Assembly (NCBI RefSeq): GCF_003428155.1
Contig: NZ_QLIR01000006.1
Coordinates: 1-32,000, forward strand
Length of the DNA: 32,000 nucleotides
Reading direction: 5' to 3'
From: Fastidiosibacter lacustris
GTDB lineage: Bacteria; Pseudomonadota; Gammaproteobacteria; Francisellales; Francisellaceae
Shown in pieces: positions 1 to 9,810 of this stretch. The translations under genes and the position numbers were made by a program. Position 1 is the stretch's first letter, and every line of letters starts with the position of its first letter. The notes beneath the pieces were generated by a model. That model saw only the letters and a program-made list of their open reading frames with translations, was not told the DNA's origin and ran no database searches.

Positions 1-292
1 AACACCAATAGCAACTTTTACTGATGGGAAAACGCACTGGCAAGAGAAGGTTGAATTGCTCAACCATATCTGACAAAAATCGCGTTTGAAAAATAGGCAA
101 CTGTCAGGTCAAGTCTAAACTTATACATTTAAAGATAGTGTTTATGATACTTCAAGGTGGAGGCAATACTTTGATTAGTTATGTGTTTGGTGATAACTAA
201 AGTAAATAATTCTGATCACGATTAAGTTTAATGCCATTAGCGCAAGTATGATATACACTTTGCAATTTTCTTAGCTTTATTATTCCCTTTAT

Positions 293-2452
293 CTAGTTTG
301 ATATAACAGGCTTTATTGACTTGATAAATTGGTAATTATTAGTGGCATCTAATGATAATTCCCATGTCATAGCACCTCCAAATTGGGGTTCATTTGAGAG
401 TGCTTTGTAAGCATTTGCCATGGCATTATATGGATCATCCTTATCAGCACCATTATAGACAGTCGCAGCACCAGCAGCACTTGCTGTGGCTGGTTGCCCT
501 GCTATGATTAAGGTGTTTTTAGGGGTGATCTTCTTCAAAGCATAAAAGCTGTTGATAATAAATTTAGCTGACGTTTGATCATAGCAACCAGCTTGAGTTT
601 TTGTACCTAAGCTACCATCCGCACAAACATAATTACCACCTGTATTATACTCTTGAACAAATAAGTAGTTAAATAAACCTTTCTCAATAGCGGCATTGTA
701 AACTTGATCTGTTTGAGTGTTAACATATTGTAGGGTACCACCAACGTTGTTTACCTGTGGTGCACCAGATATTATAATGTTTGGCATTTCAGCTTTAAGT
801 GCTTCGATAAACTCGACTAAATATTCTTTAGTGACATCTCTAGGTACAACTTCAAGGTCAAAGTCAATACCATCAAAATTGTATGTTTTTAGAAAACTGA
901 TAACTTGGTCTGCTACTAATTGAGTTGGTGCTCCAGCTGGATTAAATGTGTTACGTTCTCCACCTATAGAAGCAAGTACATACTTCAAGCCGTATTGCGT
1001 TTTTGCAAGTTCAATATCTGTTTTTATTTTCTCAATTACTTGTGGGTCACTGGCACTGTTATTCCAAGTGCTGTAGGCAAGGAAATGATCATCAACAAAT
1101 TTAACTGGTTTGCCTCCATCAACTATGATAAATGAAGGTAGAGCAATATTATATCCTTGTTTGGCTGCTTCAGAAATTTTTACCGGTTGATTCCAACTGA
1201 CAGGCATATAACCAGCGAGCACTCGGTTGTCTGGCTGATATTTAATTTTATTGCCATTAATAAGCATTGCATCGATAACGTTAAGGCTGTTAGCAACGTA
1301 TTTTTTTCCATCAACGTTGTAACTAGCTGGAGTGATAGTATAACTACCATATTCAGGGATCTTTATATCGTTATTATTAGATTTTAGTTGTTGAGATGCT
1401 GAGTAACCTTCACCTGCAATTGTAGCAATAGGCAATGGATTTGGAGAAGTTCCTTCGGCAAATTCTACCTGTGCCCCGATAGATTTTATTCCAATCGCTT
1501 TTTCATTAAATGCGATATTAAGCGGATAGTCACCTTTTTTATCTATGGTAAAACTGGATGGGGTTATTGTTGGTAAATAAGCATGCATGTCATAAACGTT
1601 GACAATTGTATCTACGGTAGCATTATAGTTGCCTTTACCAAGTTGTAACTTTGCCCCATTTTTACTGATGGTATAAGTTTTATCATTTAATTTTAATGGA
1701 AATTGATTGAAATCATTGAGTCCTGAAACTGTAACATTGAGTGTTCCAAGCGTTTGCGATTGGCAATAAGTCCAGCTGCCATCACCACTATCAGGTGCAC
1801 TATTTGTCCACCATTTTGCTTGCCAAATACCATTTTTGTAACTTACAAATGTATTGCCATCATAATGGTCATTTGGCCAAGCACTTGGTTTTTTCCATTC
1901 AGGTGCATCAGAAGGTACCTCACCTTTACATTGGGTGGCTGGTGCTGGTGGTGTGGGGGCTTCTTTATAACTTAATACAGGCGACTTACTTGTCTCTGTT
2001 ACAGTGTAATTTGTTGGTGAGACTTCTCCTGTTCCTCCTTCAAGTTTAATGGTGTAATCGCTGCCACCTTTGGCGTAAGTTAAAGTAACTTGATTGTTTG
2101 CAACTTTATGTATCCCACCATTTGGGTCAATGAACTCAATAATTGCGTTATTTGGTAGGTTATCAGGTAACGCAATGGTTAATGTTCTTTGCTGATCTAG
2201 TGGCTGAGGGTCAGATTTCTTTTCCCAAGAATTTGCACCATACATGCCAGATGGGCGATAAGCAGCAGATTGACACCATTCAGAATAAGGCCATGGTTTG
2301 CATTGATAAATAATTCCGTTATCAATCACTTCAGTCCCTGCTTTATAGGTTTTTAGTATCTCGGTTTTGTCTTCCCAAGGTTGCGGTGAAGCAATAGCAG
2401 TTGCTGTGCTAAATATTATTGAGATAGAGATAAGTTTTATTTTTGTTTTCAT
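293..2452 (-). CDS. Secreted GH18 chitinase (N-terminal chitin-binding modules, C-terminal catalytic domain)
   Basis: 719-aa ORF. Signal-peptide-like N-terminus MKTKIKLISISIIFSTATAIA. Two aromatic-rich chitin-binding-type modules (YKAGTEVIDNGIIYQCKPWPYSEWC; YKNGIWQAKWWTNSAP, CBM5/12-like). C-terminal GH18 catalytic signature FDGIDFDLE (DxxDxDxE). RBS AGAGGA (rc of 2460-2465) 7 nt before the ATG. Confidence 0.9.
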   Translation of the reverse strand: MKTKIKLISISIIFSTATAIASPQPWEDKTEILKTYKAGTEVIDNGIIYQCKPWPYSEWCQSAAYRPSGMYGANSWEKKSDPQPLDQQRTLTIALPDNLPNNAIIEFIDPNGGIHKVANNQVTLTYAKGGSDYTIKLEGGTGEVSPTNYTVTETSKSPVLSYKEAPTPPAPATQCKGEVPSDAPEWKKPSAWPNDHYDGNTFVSYKNGIWQAKWWTNSAPDSGDGSWTYCQSQTLGTLNVTVSGLNDFNQFPLKLNDKTYTISKNGAKLQLGKGNYNATVDTIVNVYDMHAYLPTITPSSFTIDKKGDYPLNIAFNEKAIGIKSIGAQVEFAEGTSPNPLPIATIAGEGYSASQQLKSNNNDIKIPEYGSYTITPASYNVDGKKYVANSLNVIDAMLINGNKIKYQPDNRVLAGYMPVSWNQPVKISEAAKQGYNIALPSFIIVDGGKPVKFVDDHFLAYSTWNNSASDPQVIEKIKTDIELAKTQYGLKYVLASIGGERNTFNPAGAPTQLVADQVISFLKTYNFDGIDFDLEVVPRDVTKEYLVEFIEALKAEMPNIIISGAPQVNNVGGTLQYVNTQTDQVYNAAIEKGLFNYLFVQEYNTGGNYVCADGSLGTKTQAGCYDQTSAKFIINSFYALKKITPKNTLIIAGQPATASAAGAATVYNGADKDDPYNAMANAYKALSNEPQFGGAMTWELSLDATNNYQFIKSIKPVISN

Positions 2453-2515
2453 AATTAAATCCTCTGTTTATAAAAATATGGGCAAAGAAGCTCGGGTTTA
2501 GTCAAAGTGTATTAG

Positions 2516-5284
2516 TTAATTAGCAGGACGCCAGACTGCATATGGGTTGTTGGCGTATTGAGCACTTGGTAAAGCGCCACCTTGAATGTACCATTGTGCC
2601 TTATAGAGCATGTGATCTAATGGATCAGTAACAACTTCGCCGCCTTTGTAAATTTTATTGCTATCCCAAGGTAAGCCTGGTTGATAAGGCGTCATATCTT
2701 CCCAGACATCAGACTGCCCTGGAATATCACCTTGCGTCCACCATTTTGCTTTATAGTCTATATTGTGGTATTGAACCATATTTCCTTGATAATAAACTTT
2801 ATCTTTTTGCCAAGTATCTTCACTAGGTTGATCTGATTGAGTCTTGAAGTTAATAGGATCTGATGATTTTGATATGCCCGCATCTGGTGCTGAAGCTATC
2901 ACGGTAACACTGTAGTTAGTATCTGGAGAAAGATTAGATAGTGCTTGATTTAGATGTTGAATATTGTCAATGTGTTTTTGGTCTGTATCTGAACTACCAT
3001 AAATAACTTCATATACAATAAGATGTGTTTGTGCAGTTTTTGCTTCGCTCCAACTAACTTGAGCGCTGTTTTTAGTAATGTTATTTGTGTTTACTTTAGC
3101 ATCCCAGTCAATCACAAGTTCTGCTTTTTGTGTTTTTTGTGAGACAGCCGGTGCTTTAAGTGGGGTAATACCTGTGCCTGGCACATTGGCTGTTACTTCA
3201 AAGGTATAGAGGGTATCTGATTTTAACCCCATTACTTTGAATTCAGTGTCAGTCGTGGCGTTTGTAGTAAGTTGTGATAACTTAATAGTTTTATAAACAA
3301 TGTAATTGTTACTATTTTCTTCTTTATAAGAAACAGTATATTCAATAGCGCTTCCATTCCCGCCTAAATAATGCGCAGGGTTCCACATTAGAGTCACAGA
3401 ACTAGCATCATAAGTTTTGACATCAACTTTAGGATTGTCCCAGCTAAGTTTGCCTTGAGTTTGTTCTGTGGTAAATGTGGTATTAGCTTGGTTTGGTTTA
3501 TAGCCGGTGGCGTTTGCACTAACGCTAACAGCATACTTAGTTGCTGCCGATAAATCATTAAGTGTATAACTAGTTTGATTTGTAATTCCTACAATCGTGC
3601 CGTTTAAACTAATTTGATAACTGATTTCAACATTATCCGCTTTTGCTTGAATCCAATTAAGTTTAGCACTACTGCTAGTAATATTGCTTGTCGTTAAGTT
3701 TGGTTGATCCCAGCTAACAGTTTGCTGTTGTGTATCATCACCAGGCACATTAGCTTGGCAATTATATAGTTTGCTTTGATTACTTAAATTAAACGTGCTA
3801 CATGTGCTTTGTAGTACATTAGTTGGAGTCGCCCAGTTGTTATCCCACTTACCAATTACAGCACGATCATAGCGTTGGTCTTTTAAAATATCCCACATGA
3901 TTATACCATCACTGATGCCTTTCATTTCATTTAGCATTTTGTTAACATCGGTCTTAGTAAGATATAAAGCATCTTGATCATTTTGTGGGTAACCTGGTTT
4001 GCCTACTTCAAATCCAAATGAGAGTTTGCCTTTAAGGTGATATTTAGCGGGTTTAATGATACCACTTGCATCAACAATTTCTTGACGTGGTGTATCAGAC
4101 TTAAGCCAGTTTTTATATTCATTCATATAAAAACTCACTTGTCCTACAAGGTCAGTTTTTCCAATATATTGCCCATCCTTTTTAGAGAGGTCATAACTCA
4201 TAACTGCCATCGAATCGAGCATATTAGCTGTATCAATGTCTTTGTGTGCAAGCTCATACATCAAACCTTTTAAATTGCCATGATACCAAGGTGCGCCAAC
4301 GTCATAAGTGGTATTTGGGTCCAAGCCCCATTTACTCATCATAATTGGTGTAGCACCAACAGCAGGTAAAGCAGCGGAAAGTTTTAAATTAGGATCAATC
4401 AATTCAATATAGTGATGAATTGTTTTAATGATGTCCCCAAATTTGGTAACTGTATCAGGCATAATCCCTGGACTACCTAGGCTGATACTTCCACCTTCAG
4501 TATAGGCGTAATCTTTACCGAAGTTATCAATTAATACATTGTAAGGGATGTCTTGATTTGGATATTCAATTGCTAATTGATTAGCTGAGTAACTATCAGG
4601 AACTTTCCATGTATGACTATTTAAATCTGCATGCCAAAACTCTTCGTAATCCAGATCGATTCCGGCGGCACCTAAATCATAGGTAAGTTTAACCAGATTT
4701 TCATAAGCTAATTGTGCCTGCGTTCTTGTAGCTTTGTCATCAAAGCGAGCAGCAACCTCTGGATTAGGGAAGGTGTCATATGTCGCATCTTTTGGACCAC
4801 AATCACCAGAAAGTCCCATAGCTCTTAGACTTTTAGGGTATAAAACAGGATCACAACTAAAGTTCCAGCCACCAACTGCAAGATAAGTATCTACACCTAA
4901 GTCATGCAATTGTTTTATATATGATTTCAATGTTGTAAAGTCAATTTTAGCTGCGGGGTTATTATGTTGTTCTTGAATCTTTTGCACGTCGGCTCGATCA
5001 CAAAAATAACCGAACAACCCAGTACAAGCAAGACTATATGATTGATAATTCATTAAGCTGGGTTGCACAAATGATAAAACAAGCTTATTGAAGTTTGTTC
5101 CTTTTTCCATTTTGATACTGTCAATAAGCGTTTTTAAGGCATTTAAATCAGCATAAGTTTGTCCTTTACTATCGCTTAAGTAGTAGGCAGTAACTTCAGG
5201 TGAATAAGTTTTTATATTATCTGCGTAAATTATCCCAGTTAAACTTACGGTGATTAAAGTGCTAAAGTATTTTATTTTTGACAT
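2516..5284 (-). CDS. Secreted GH18 chitinase (GH18 - 3x FN3 - 2x CBM5/12)
   Basis: 922-aa ORF. Signal-peptide-like N-terminus MSKIKYFSTLITVSLTGIIYA. N-terminal GH18 domain with catalytic GIDLDYEE (DxDxE). Three consecutive ~90-aa fibronectin-III-like repeats (VSWDQPN...TTFTT; LSWDNPK...EVTANVPG; IDWDAKV...INFKT). Two C-terminal CBM5/12-type modules (YHNIDYKAKWWTQG; HMLYKAQWYIQG). Confidence 0.9.
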   Translation of the reverse strand: MSKIKYFSTLITVSLTGIIYADNIKTYSPEVTAYYLSDSKGQTYADLNALKTLIDSIKMEKGTNFNKLVLSFVQPSLMNYQSYSLACTGLFGYFCDRADVQKIQEQHNNPAAKIDFTTLKSYIKQLHDLGVDTYLAVGGWNFSCDPVLYPKSLRAMGLSGDCGPKDATYDTFPNPEVAARFDDKATRTQAQLAYENLVKLTYDLGAAGIDLDYEEFWHADLNSHTWKVPDSYSANQLAIEYPNQDIPYNVLIDNFGKDYAYTEGGSISLGSPGIMPDTVTKFGDIIKTIHHYIELIDPNLKLSAALPAVGATPIMMSKWGLDPNTTYDVGAPWYHGNLKGLMYELAHKDIDTANMLDSMAVMSYDLSKKDGQYIGKTDLVGQVSFYMNEYKNWLKSDTPRQEIVDASGIIKPAKYHLKGKLSFGFEVGKPGYPQNDQDALYLTKTDVNKMLNEMKGISDGIIMWDILKDQRYDRAVIGKWDNNWATPTNVLQSTCSTFNLSNQSKLYNCQANVPGDDTQQQTVSWDQPNLTTSNITSSSAKLNWIQAKADNVEISYQISLNGTIVGITNQTSYTLNDLSAATKYAVSVSANATGYKPNQANTTFTTEQTQGKLSWDNPKVDVKTYDASSVTLMWNPAHYLGGNGSAIEYTVSYKEENSNNYIVYKTIKLSQLTTNATTDTEFKVMGLKSDTLYTFEVTANVPGTGITPLKAPAVSQKTQKAELVIDWDAKVNTNNITKNSAQVSWSEAKTAQTHLIVYEVIYGSSDTDQKHIDNIQHLNQALSNLSPDTNYSVTVIASAPDAGISKSSDPINFKTQSDQPSEDTWQKDKVYYQGNMVQYHNIDYKAKWWTQGDIPGQSDVWEDMTPYQPGLPWDSNKIYKGGEVVTDPLDHMLYKAQWYIQGGALPSAQYANNPYAVWRPAN

Positions 5285-5682
5285 GGCAAAATTCCTATTT
5301 TTTGTACTAATAAATAATTCATTGTGGATGGTTTACAATACTTCATTACAAACTAACTCTACTGTTCTGGTATGAATTGGCAAAGTAGTTTGCTGTGAGG
5401 TATGGAAATACGTACTAGCTTATCCATCACATAAAGTGTGAAAAATCATAATATAAAGTTGGTAAATCCTTTAGTAGATAAAATCGCTTTTTGTGTAAGA
5501 TAGTTGCTACTTTATGTTAAGAAATAATCCATTAATTAAGTAAAATAAATATCTTATATTGGTTTGAATTAATAGAGCATAATGTAGTATTTACATTTTA
5601 TTATTGTGTGCTGGATCTCTGGAAAAATGATTGATAACAGGTATATACTTAGCTTGGAATGCGAATATCGAGAAATTAAAAT

Positions 5683-7044
5683 ATGCAAATTTATGACGTA
5701 ATTGTTGTTGGCGCAGGTGTATCTGGGTTGGCTGCAGCCAATAATTTAATGTTAAACGGTTTTGATGTGCTTGTGGTTGAGGCACGTGATCGCGTAGGGG
5801 GGCGTATAAATAGCCAAGCTTTTGCTGGAGTTATAGTGGATTTAGGTGCTTCATGGATTCATGGTGTGCAAGAAAATCCAATCACACGCTTAGCGAAAAA
5901 GCATAATATTAGCACTTGGCGCTCACAAATGTGTGGTCCTTCACCGGACAATATTCTGCATAGAGAGATGTTTAATACTGAATTTAAGCGTTTGACCCAT
6001 GAGCAGAAGCTTAAAATTGCAAATTGGATGGCTGATTTTCTAGACTATTTGGAAACGGTACAAATAGATGAAGAAAGTCACTTAAAGTCGATTGCAGATT
6101 TAAAGCGACAGTTTATTTTAGAGCAAAATATTATAAAGGAAGATGAATCATATATTGATTATATTGCCGATACCTTATTTTTATATGAATATGCAATTGA
6201 AGCGAAAGATTTATCTGCTGAGAGTCACCACGCCGATATTGATTTTGCTGGTAGTGATAGGTTATTTCCTCAAGGTTATGCTCAAATTACCGATTTATTG
6301 GCTAAAAACTTAGTAATACAATTAAATGAACCTGTGCAAAGCATTGATTATAGTGGTGATCTGGTACAAGTGATCACAGCAGCTTCACAATATCATGCAA
6401 CATATGTTTTAGTTACAGTTCCTTTGGGTGTATTAAAGCATGCTGATATAGGTTTTAACCCTTATTTACCACAATCTAAGCGTAAATCTATAAGTCAGCT
6501 TGAAATGGGAATATTGAATAAAATTTACTTAGAATTTGAGGATGTATTTTGGGACAAAGAAGCTCAAAGTATTGCGTGCTTATCACCTGAACATCGCATT
6601 GCGCGTGAGATGATGAACTTTTATCCGCTAAGTCAAAAGCCTATTTTAATGGCATTTACAGCTGGTGTAGTTGCTAAACAACTAGAGCACCTTAGTGATA
6701 GAGAGTTAATTGCATTGGTAATTGATTCATTAAAGCATATGTATGGTGAAAATCTGCCTAATCTTAAAAATTACTGCATTACTCGTTGGCATAGCGATGA
6801 ATATAGTTATGGGTCTTACTCCTATTTACCAGTTGGGGTTAAAGCAAAACGTAGACAAAAACTGGGTAAACCTGTTGATAACAAGGTATTTTTTGCAGGA
6901 GAAGCGACTTCATTTTATTTTCCATCAACTGTACATGGTGCATTCTTAAGTGGCGTGCGATCAGCCTATCAAATTTTGCAGATTGATTTATTAACAGAGG
7001 ATGTGCGCAAGAAAACAGCAATTGTTGAAGATCCATATCTGTAA
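5683..7044 (+). CDS. Flavin-containing amine oxidase (polyamine/monoamine oxidase family)
   Basis: 453-aa ORF. N-terminal dinucleotide-binding motif DVIVVGAGVSGLAAA followed by VVEARDRVGGR. C-terminal flavin amine oxidase signatures WHSDEYSYGSYSY and VFFAGEATS. Confidence 0.85.
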   Translation: MQIYDVIVVGAGVSGLAAANNLMLNGFDVLVVEARDRVGGRINSQAFAGVIVDLGASWIHGVQENPITRLAKKHNISTWRSQMCGPSPDNILHREMFNTEFKRLTHEQKLKIANWMADFLDYLETVQIDEESHLKSIADLKRQFILEQNIIKEDESYIDYIADTLFLYEYAIEAKDLSAESHHADIDFAGSDRLFPQGYAQITDLLAKNLVIQLNEPVQSIDYSGDLVQVITAASQYHATYVLVTVPLGVLKHADIGFNPYLPQSKRKSISQLEMGILNKIYLEFEDVFWDKEAQSIACLSPEHRIAREMMNFYPLSQKPILMAFTAGVVAKQLEHLSDRELIALVIDSLKHMYGENLPNLKNYCITRWHSDEYSYGSYSYLPVGVKAKRRQKLGKPVDNKVFFAGEATSFYFPSTVHGAFLSGVRSAYQILQIDLLTEDVRKKTAIVEDPYL

Positions 7045-7188
7045 AAATAGTCTCTAACGTCAGCCTTTCGGTAATACTTTTCTAATACTGCTACTCATTC
7101 TATTTACATAAAGTTTGCTATAGAGTATTGCTTAATTTAAGGCTATACAGTAAATTTCAGACTTTTAAGTCAAAAATGGGAGAGAGAG

Positions 7189-8739
7189 ATGACAAAACAA
7201 GGCTTCATTAATAGGTCATTATCTGCAATTGAAACGGTTGGTAATAAACTACCACCACCAGCGATGCTGTTTTTTATGCTAACAATTTTTCTGATTGTCT
7301 TGAGTGTATTATTTTCTTGGCTTGATATTAAGGTTTTGAATCCAACAGTGCAAACTGAAGAAACTTATATTAGTGTATTTAATTTATTAAGTGCAGAGGG
7401 TATTCGTTATATTTTCAGTAGTGTTGTCAGTAATTTTGTCAGTTTTGCGCCGCTAGGGACTGTCTTAGTTGCCTTTATCGGTGTGAGTATAGCGGAGCAT
7501 TCAGGATTTATTAGTGCTTCAATTCGGGCAATAATTGGTAAAAGTAACCGTGCTACCGTAACCACAATTATTGTATTTGTGGGTGTTATGTCAAATACGG
7601 CAGGAGAATTGGGTTATTTAGTTATTATTCCCTTGGCTGGGGCGATTTTTCATGCTATGGGGCGTCATCCTATTGCAGGGATGGCAGCTGCTTTTGCGGG
7701 AGTTTCTGGTGGTTACAGTGCAAATCTTCTATTGGGAACTGTTGACCCACTATTAAGTGGCTTAACACAAGAAGCAGCGCATTTTATTAATCCAGAGTAT
7801 CGAGTGGGCGTAGAGGCTAACTGGTATTTTATGATTGCTAGTACATTTTTAGTTACATCTGTCGTAACAGTTCTTTCAGAGAAAATTATTGAACCAAGGT
7901 TAGGTAAATATCAAAATGGTGATGCACTGGATTCTGAAGAAAGAGCATTAGAGGCACAAATTCATCTAACAAAAATAGAGAAAAAAGGTCTATTTTGGGC
8001 GGTTATCTCAATCGTTATCTTATCATTAATCATTATTTATCTTGTTGTGCCAGAAGGAGCTATTCTACGCAACCAGAAAACAGGATTGATCACAAATTCT
8101 CCATTTTTAGATAGCATAGTATTTTTGATACTGCTATTTTTTGCTGTAGCCGGTATCGTCTATGGTTATACCACCAAAAACTTCAAAAATACTAAAGATG
8201 TGGTTAATGCAATGGATAAAACATTTAATACACTTGGTGCATACATTGTCTTGGTGTTTTTTGCTGCACAATTTGTTGCTTATTTTAAAGTCACTAATCT
8301 TGGTACAATTGTTGCAGTTGCTGGTGCGACAGCGCTTGAAAGCATTAATTTTACTGGTGTTTCATTGATGATTAGTTTTGTAGTTTTATCAGCATTTATC
8401 AATCTTTTTATGGGTAGTGCATCCGCTAAATGGTCAATGCTCGCACCCGTTTTTATTCCAATGTTCATGCTTTTAGGCTATTCACCTGAATTAGTTCAAG
8501 TTGCCTATCGTATAGGAGATTCAGCAACAAACATTATTTCACCATTACTGAGTTACTTTGCCTTGATTGTGGCATTTTTCCAGAAGTATGATAAAAACTC
8601 AGGCATTGGGACAATTGTCGCTACTATGTTACCTTACTCGATAGCTTTATTGATTAGCTGGAGTATCTTCCTTTATTTATGGGTATTCCTGTTTAACCTT
8701 CCAGTAGGGCCAGGGGTTAATTCGTTTTATACGGTTTAG
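7189..8739 (+). CDS. AbgT-family transporter (p-aminobenzoyl-glutamate transporter / MtrF-like)
   Basis: 516-aa, very hydrophobic multi-TM ORF. Length and N-terminal pattern (IETVGNKLPPPAMLFFML...) recognised as AbgT family. Purine-rich RBS GGGAGAGAGAG directly upstream of the ATG. Confidence 0.8.
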   Translation: MTKQGFINRSLSAIETVGNKLPPPAMLFFMLTIFLIVLSVLFSWLDIKVLNPTVQTEETYISVFNLLSAEGIRYIFSSVVSNFVSFAPLGTVLVAFIGVSIAEHSGFISASIRAIIGKSNRATVTTIIVFVGVMSNTAGELGYLVIIPLAGAIFHAMGRHPIAGMAAAFAGVSGGYSANLLLGTVDPLLSGLTQEAAHFINPEYRVGVEANWYFMIASTFLVTSVVTVLSEKIIEPRLGKYQNGDALDSEERALEAQIHLTKIEKKGLFWAVISIVILSLIIIYLVVPEGAILRNQKTGLITNSPFLDSIVFLILLFFAVAGIVYGYTTKNFKNTKDVVNAMDKTFNTLGAYIVLVFFAAQFVAYFKVTNLGTIVAVAGATALESINFTGVSLMISFVVLSAFINLFMGSASAKWSMLAPVFIPMFMLLGYSPELVQVAYRIGDSATNIISPLLSYFALIVAFFQKYDKNSGIGTIVATMLPYSIALLISWSIFLYLWVFLFNLPVGPGVNSFYTV

Positions 8740-8840
8740 CAATCCGACATTATTTTATAGTAATAGTAAAAAGTCTTTTAGTTTTCACGAAAAATCCCCT
8801 TATAATTAAGCCGTTTTTGTGACTGGAAAAGGGGATAGGT

Positions 8841-9701
8841 ATGAAGGTCTTGGTTGTATGTGCTGCTGTAACTTTTACTAACTTAGTTAATATAGGTTTT
8901 TCTAAATCAATGATTAATCAAAAAGTGACTATTACACAAATTAAAGATGTAGAACCTTACGTTGATAAATTAAGTCAAAAATATGGCAAGGATTCAGTAT
9001 GTATGGTTTATGACATTGACAATACATTGATTACCAACAATGGGAAATACGCAAGTGAAAGGTGGACATATTGGCAGCAAAGTGAAGGTAACCACCATGC
9101 TAAACATTTATTAAAAGACAAAAACGCAAATATTTATGATTTTTTAAATGCGGTGCGCTATTTTATAAATTACAGTACTGTAGAAAAAGATACAGTACAA
9201 ATTGTTAATAAATTACAATCAGACCATCGTTCAATTGCATTAACTTCAAGAGGATTTAGTGCAGAAGCAACTACATTAAGACAGCTGCGTTTTAATGGTA
9301 TTGATTTTACAAAAAATCCTATTGGCAGTAGGGAGTTTGATGCAAGCTTTTTAAATCAGAATAAATACAAAAATGATTACACAATGTATAGTAATGGTAT
9401 TCAGTATGCAGCTGGCGGAGATAAGGGAGAGCTTTTATATAATTTGATTAAAAAAGAGAGAGAAAAAACGGATAATCCAAATTTATGCCAAGCATTAATC
9501 TATATTGATGACACTAGTAGTAAAGTTGATATGATTGATAATAAATTAAAGAATAAATTTAGCTACTATGCTATTCACTACACCTATTTACCGGACCCTG
9601 AGGATAAAAATAATTGGCAACCAGATAATTGGCACAAAGAGTCTAGTAAAGTTCAGCAACTAGTTGATTTTTTAAACACTACATCACATTTAGCGCTTTA
9701 A
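8841..9701 (+). CDS. Exported HAD-superfamily-like protein of unknown function
   Basis: 286-aa ORF with hydrophobic N-terminus (MKVLVVCAAVTFTNLVNIGFS). HAD motifs occur in the canonical order: motif I YDIDNTL (DxDxT), motif II ALTSRG, Lys in GGDKGE, motif IV YIDDTS. I recall similar proteins as a DUF family restricted to Legionella/Coxiella-type bacteria; this is unverified. Confidence 0.6.
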   Translation: MKVLVVCAAVTFTNLVNIGFSKSMINQKVTITQIKDVEPYVDKLSQKYGKDSVCMVYDIDNTLITNNGKYASERWTYWQQSEGNHHAKHLLKDKNANIYDFLNAVRYFINYSTVEKDTVQIVNKLQSDHRSIALTSRGFSAEATTLRQLRFNGIDFTKNPIGSREFDASFLNQNKYKNDYTMYSNGIQYAAGGDKGELLYNLIKKEREKTDNPNLCQALIYIDDTSSKVDMIDNKLKNKFSYYAIHYTYLPDPEDKNNWQPDNWHKESSKVQQLVDFLNTTSHLAL

Positions 9702-9741
9702 ATTATTCGATAATATTATCTTTATTTAAATGTTAAAATAA

Positions 9742-9771
9742 TTCACCGCTATGTAGTGAGTGTGATAGAAT
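9742..9771 (+). promoter_or_regulatory. Possible sigma70 promoter for prfB-lysS (extended -10)
   Basis: TGaTAGAAT at 9763-9771 (TGn + TAGAAT), with TTCACC (4/6 match to TTGACA) 18 nt upstream at 9742-9747, about 40 nt before the prfB ATG. Pattern match only. Confidence 0.25.
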
Positions 9772-9810
9772 ATCGACCACTTTAATCATTGAACGTATTT
9801 TTATTCTGCA

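Noticed and set aside
1-73. Open frame from the window edge (TPIATFTDGKTHWQEKVELLNHI*) that could be the 3' end of a plus-strand gene
   Set aside because: It has only 23 codons and no recognisable motif. An open stretch of this length is not rare by chance, so it is not reported as a feature.
717-2049. Plus-strand ORFs 717-923, 920-1135, 1157-1387, 1741-2049 and 1754-1975
   Set aside because: All lie antisense inside the well-supported chitinase gene. Their products are low-complexity or Cys/Leu-rich, with no motifs. They are typical shadow ORFs.
4037-4273. 78-aa plus-strand ORF
   Set aside because: It is antisense within the GH18 domain of the 922-aa chitinase, with no RBS or motif.
5591-5785. 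64-aa minus-strand ORF overlapping the amine oxidase start
   Set aside because: It overlaps the Rossmann-fold coding region of a well-supported gene on the other strand, and its product is featureless.
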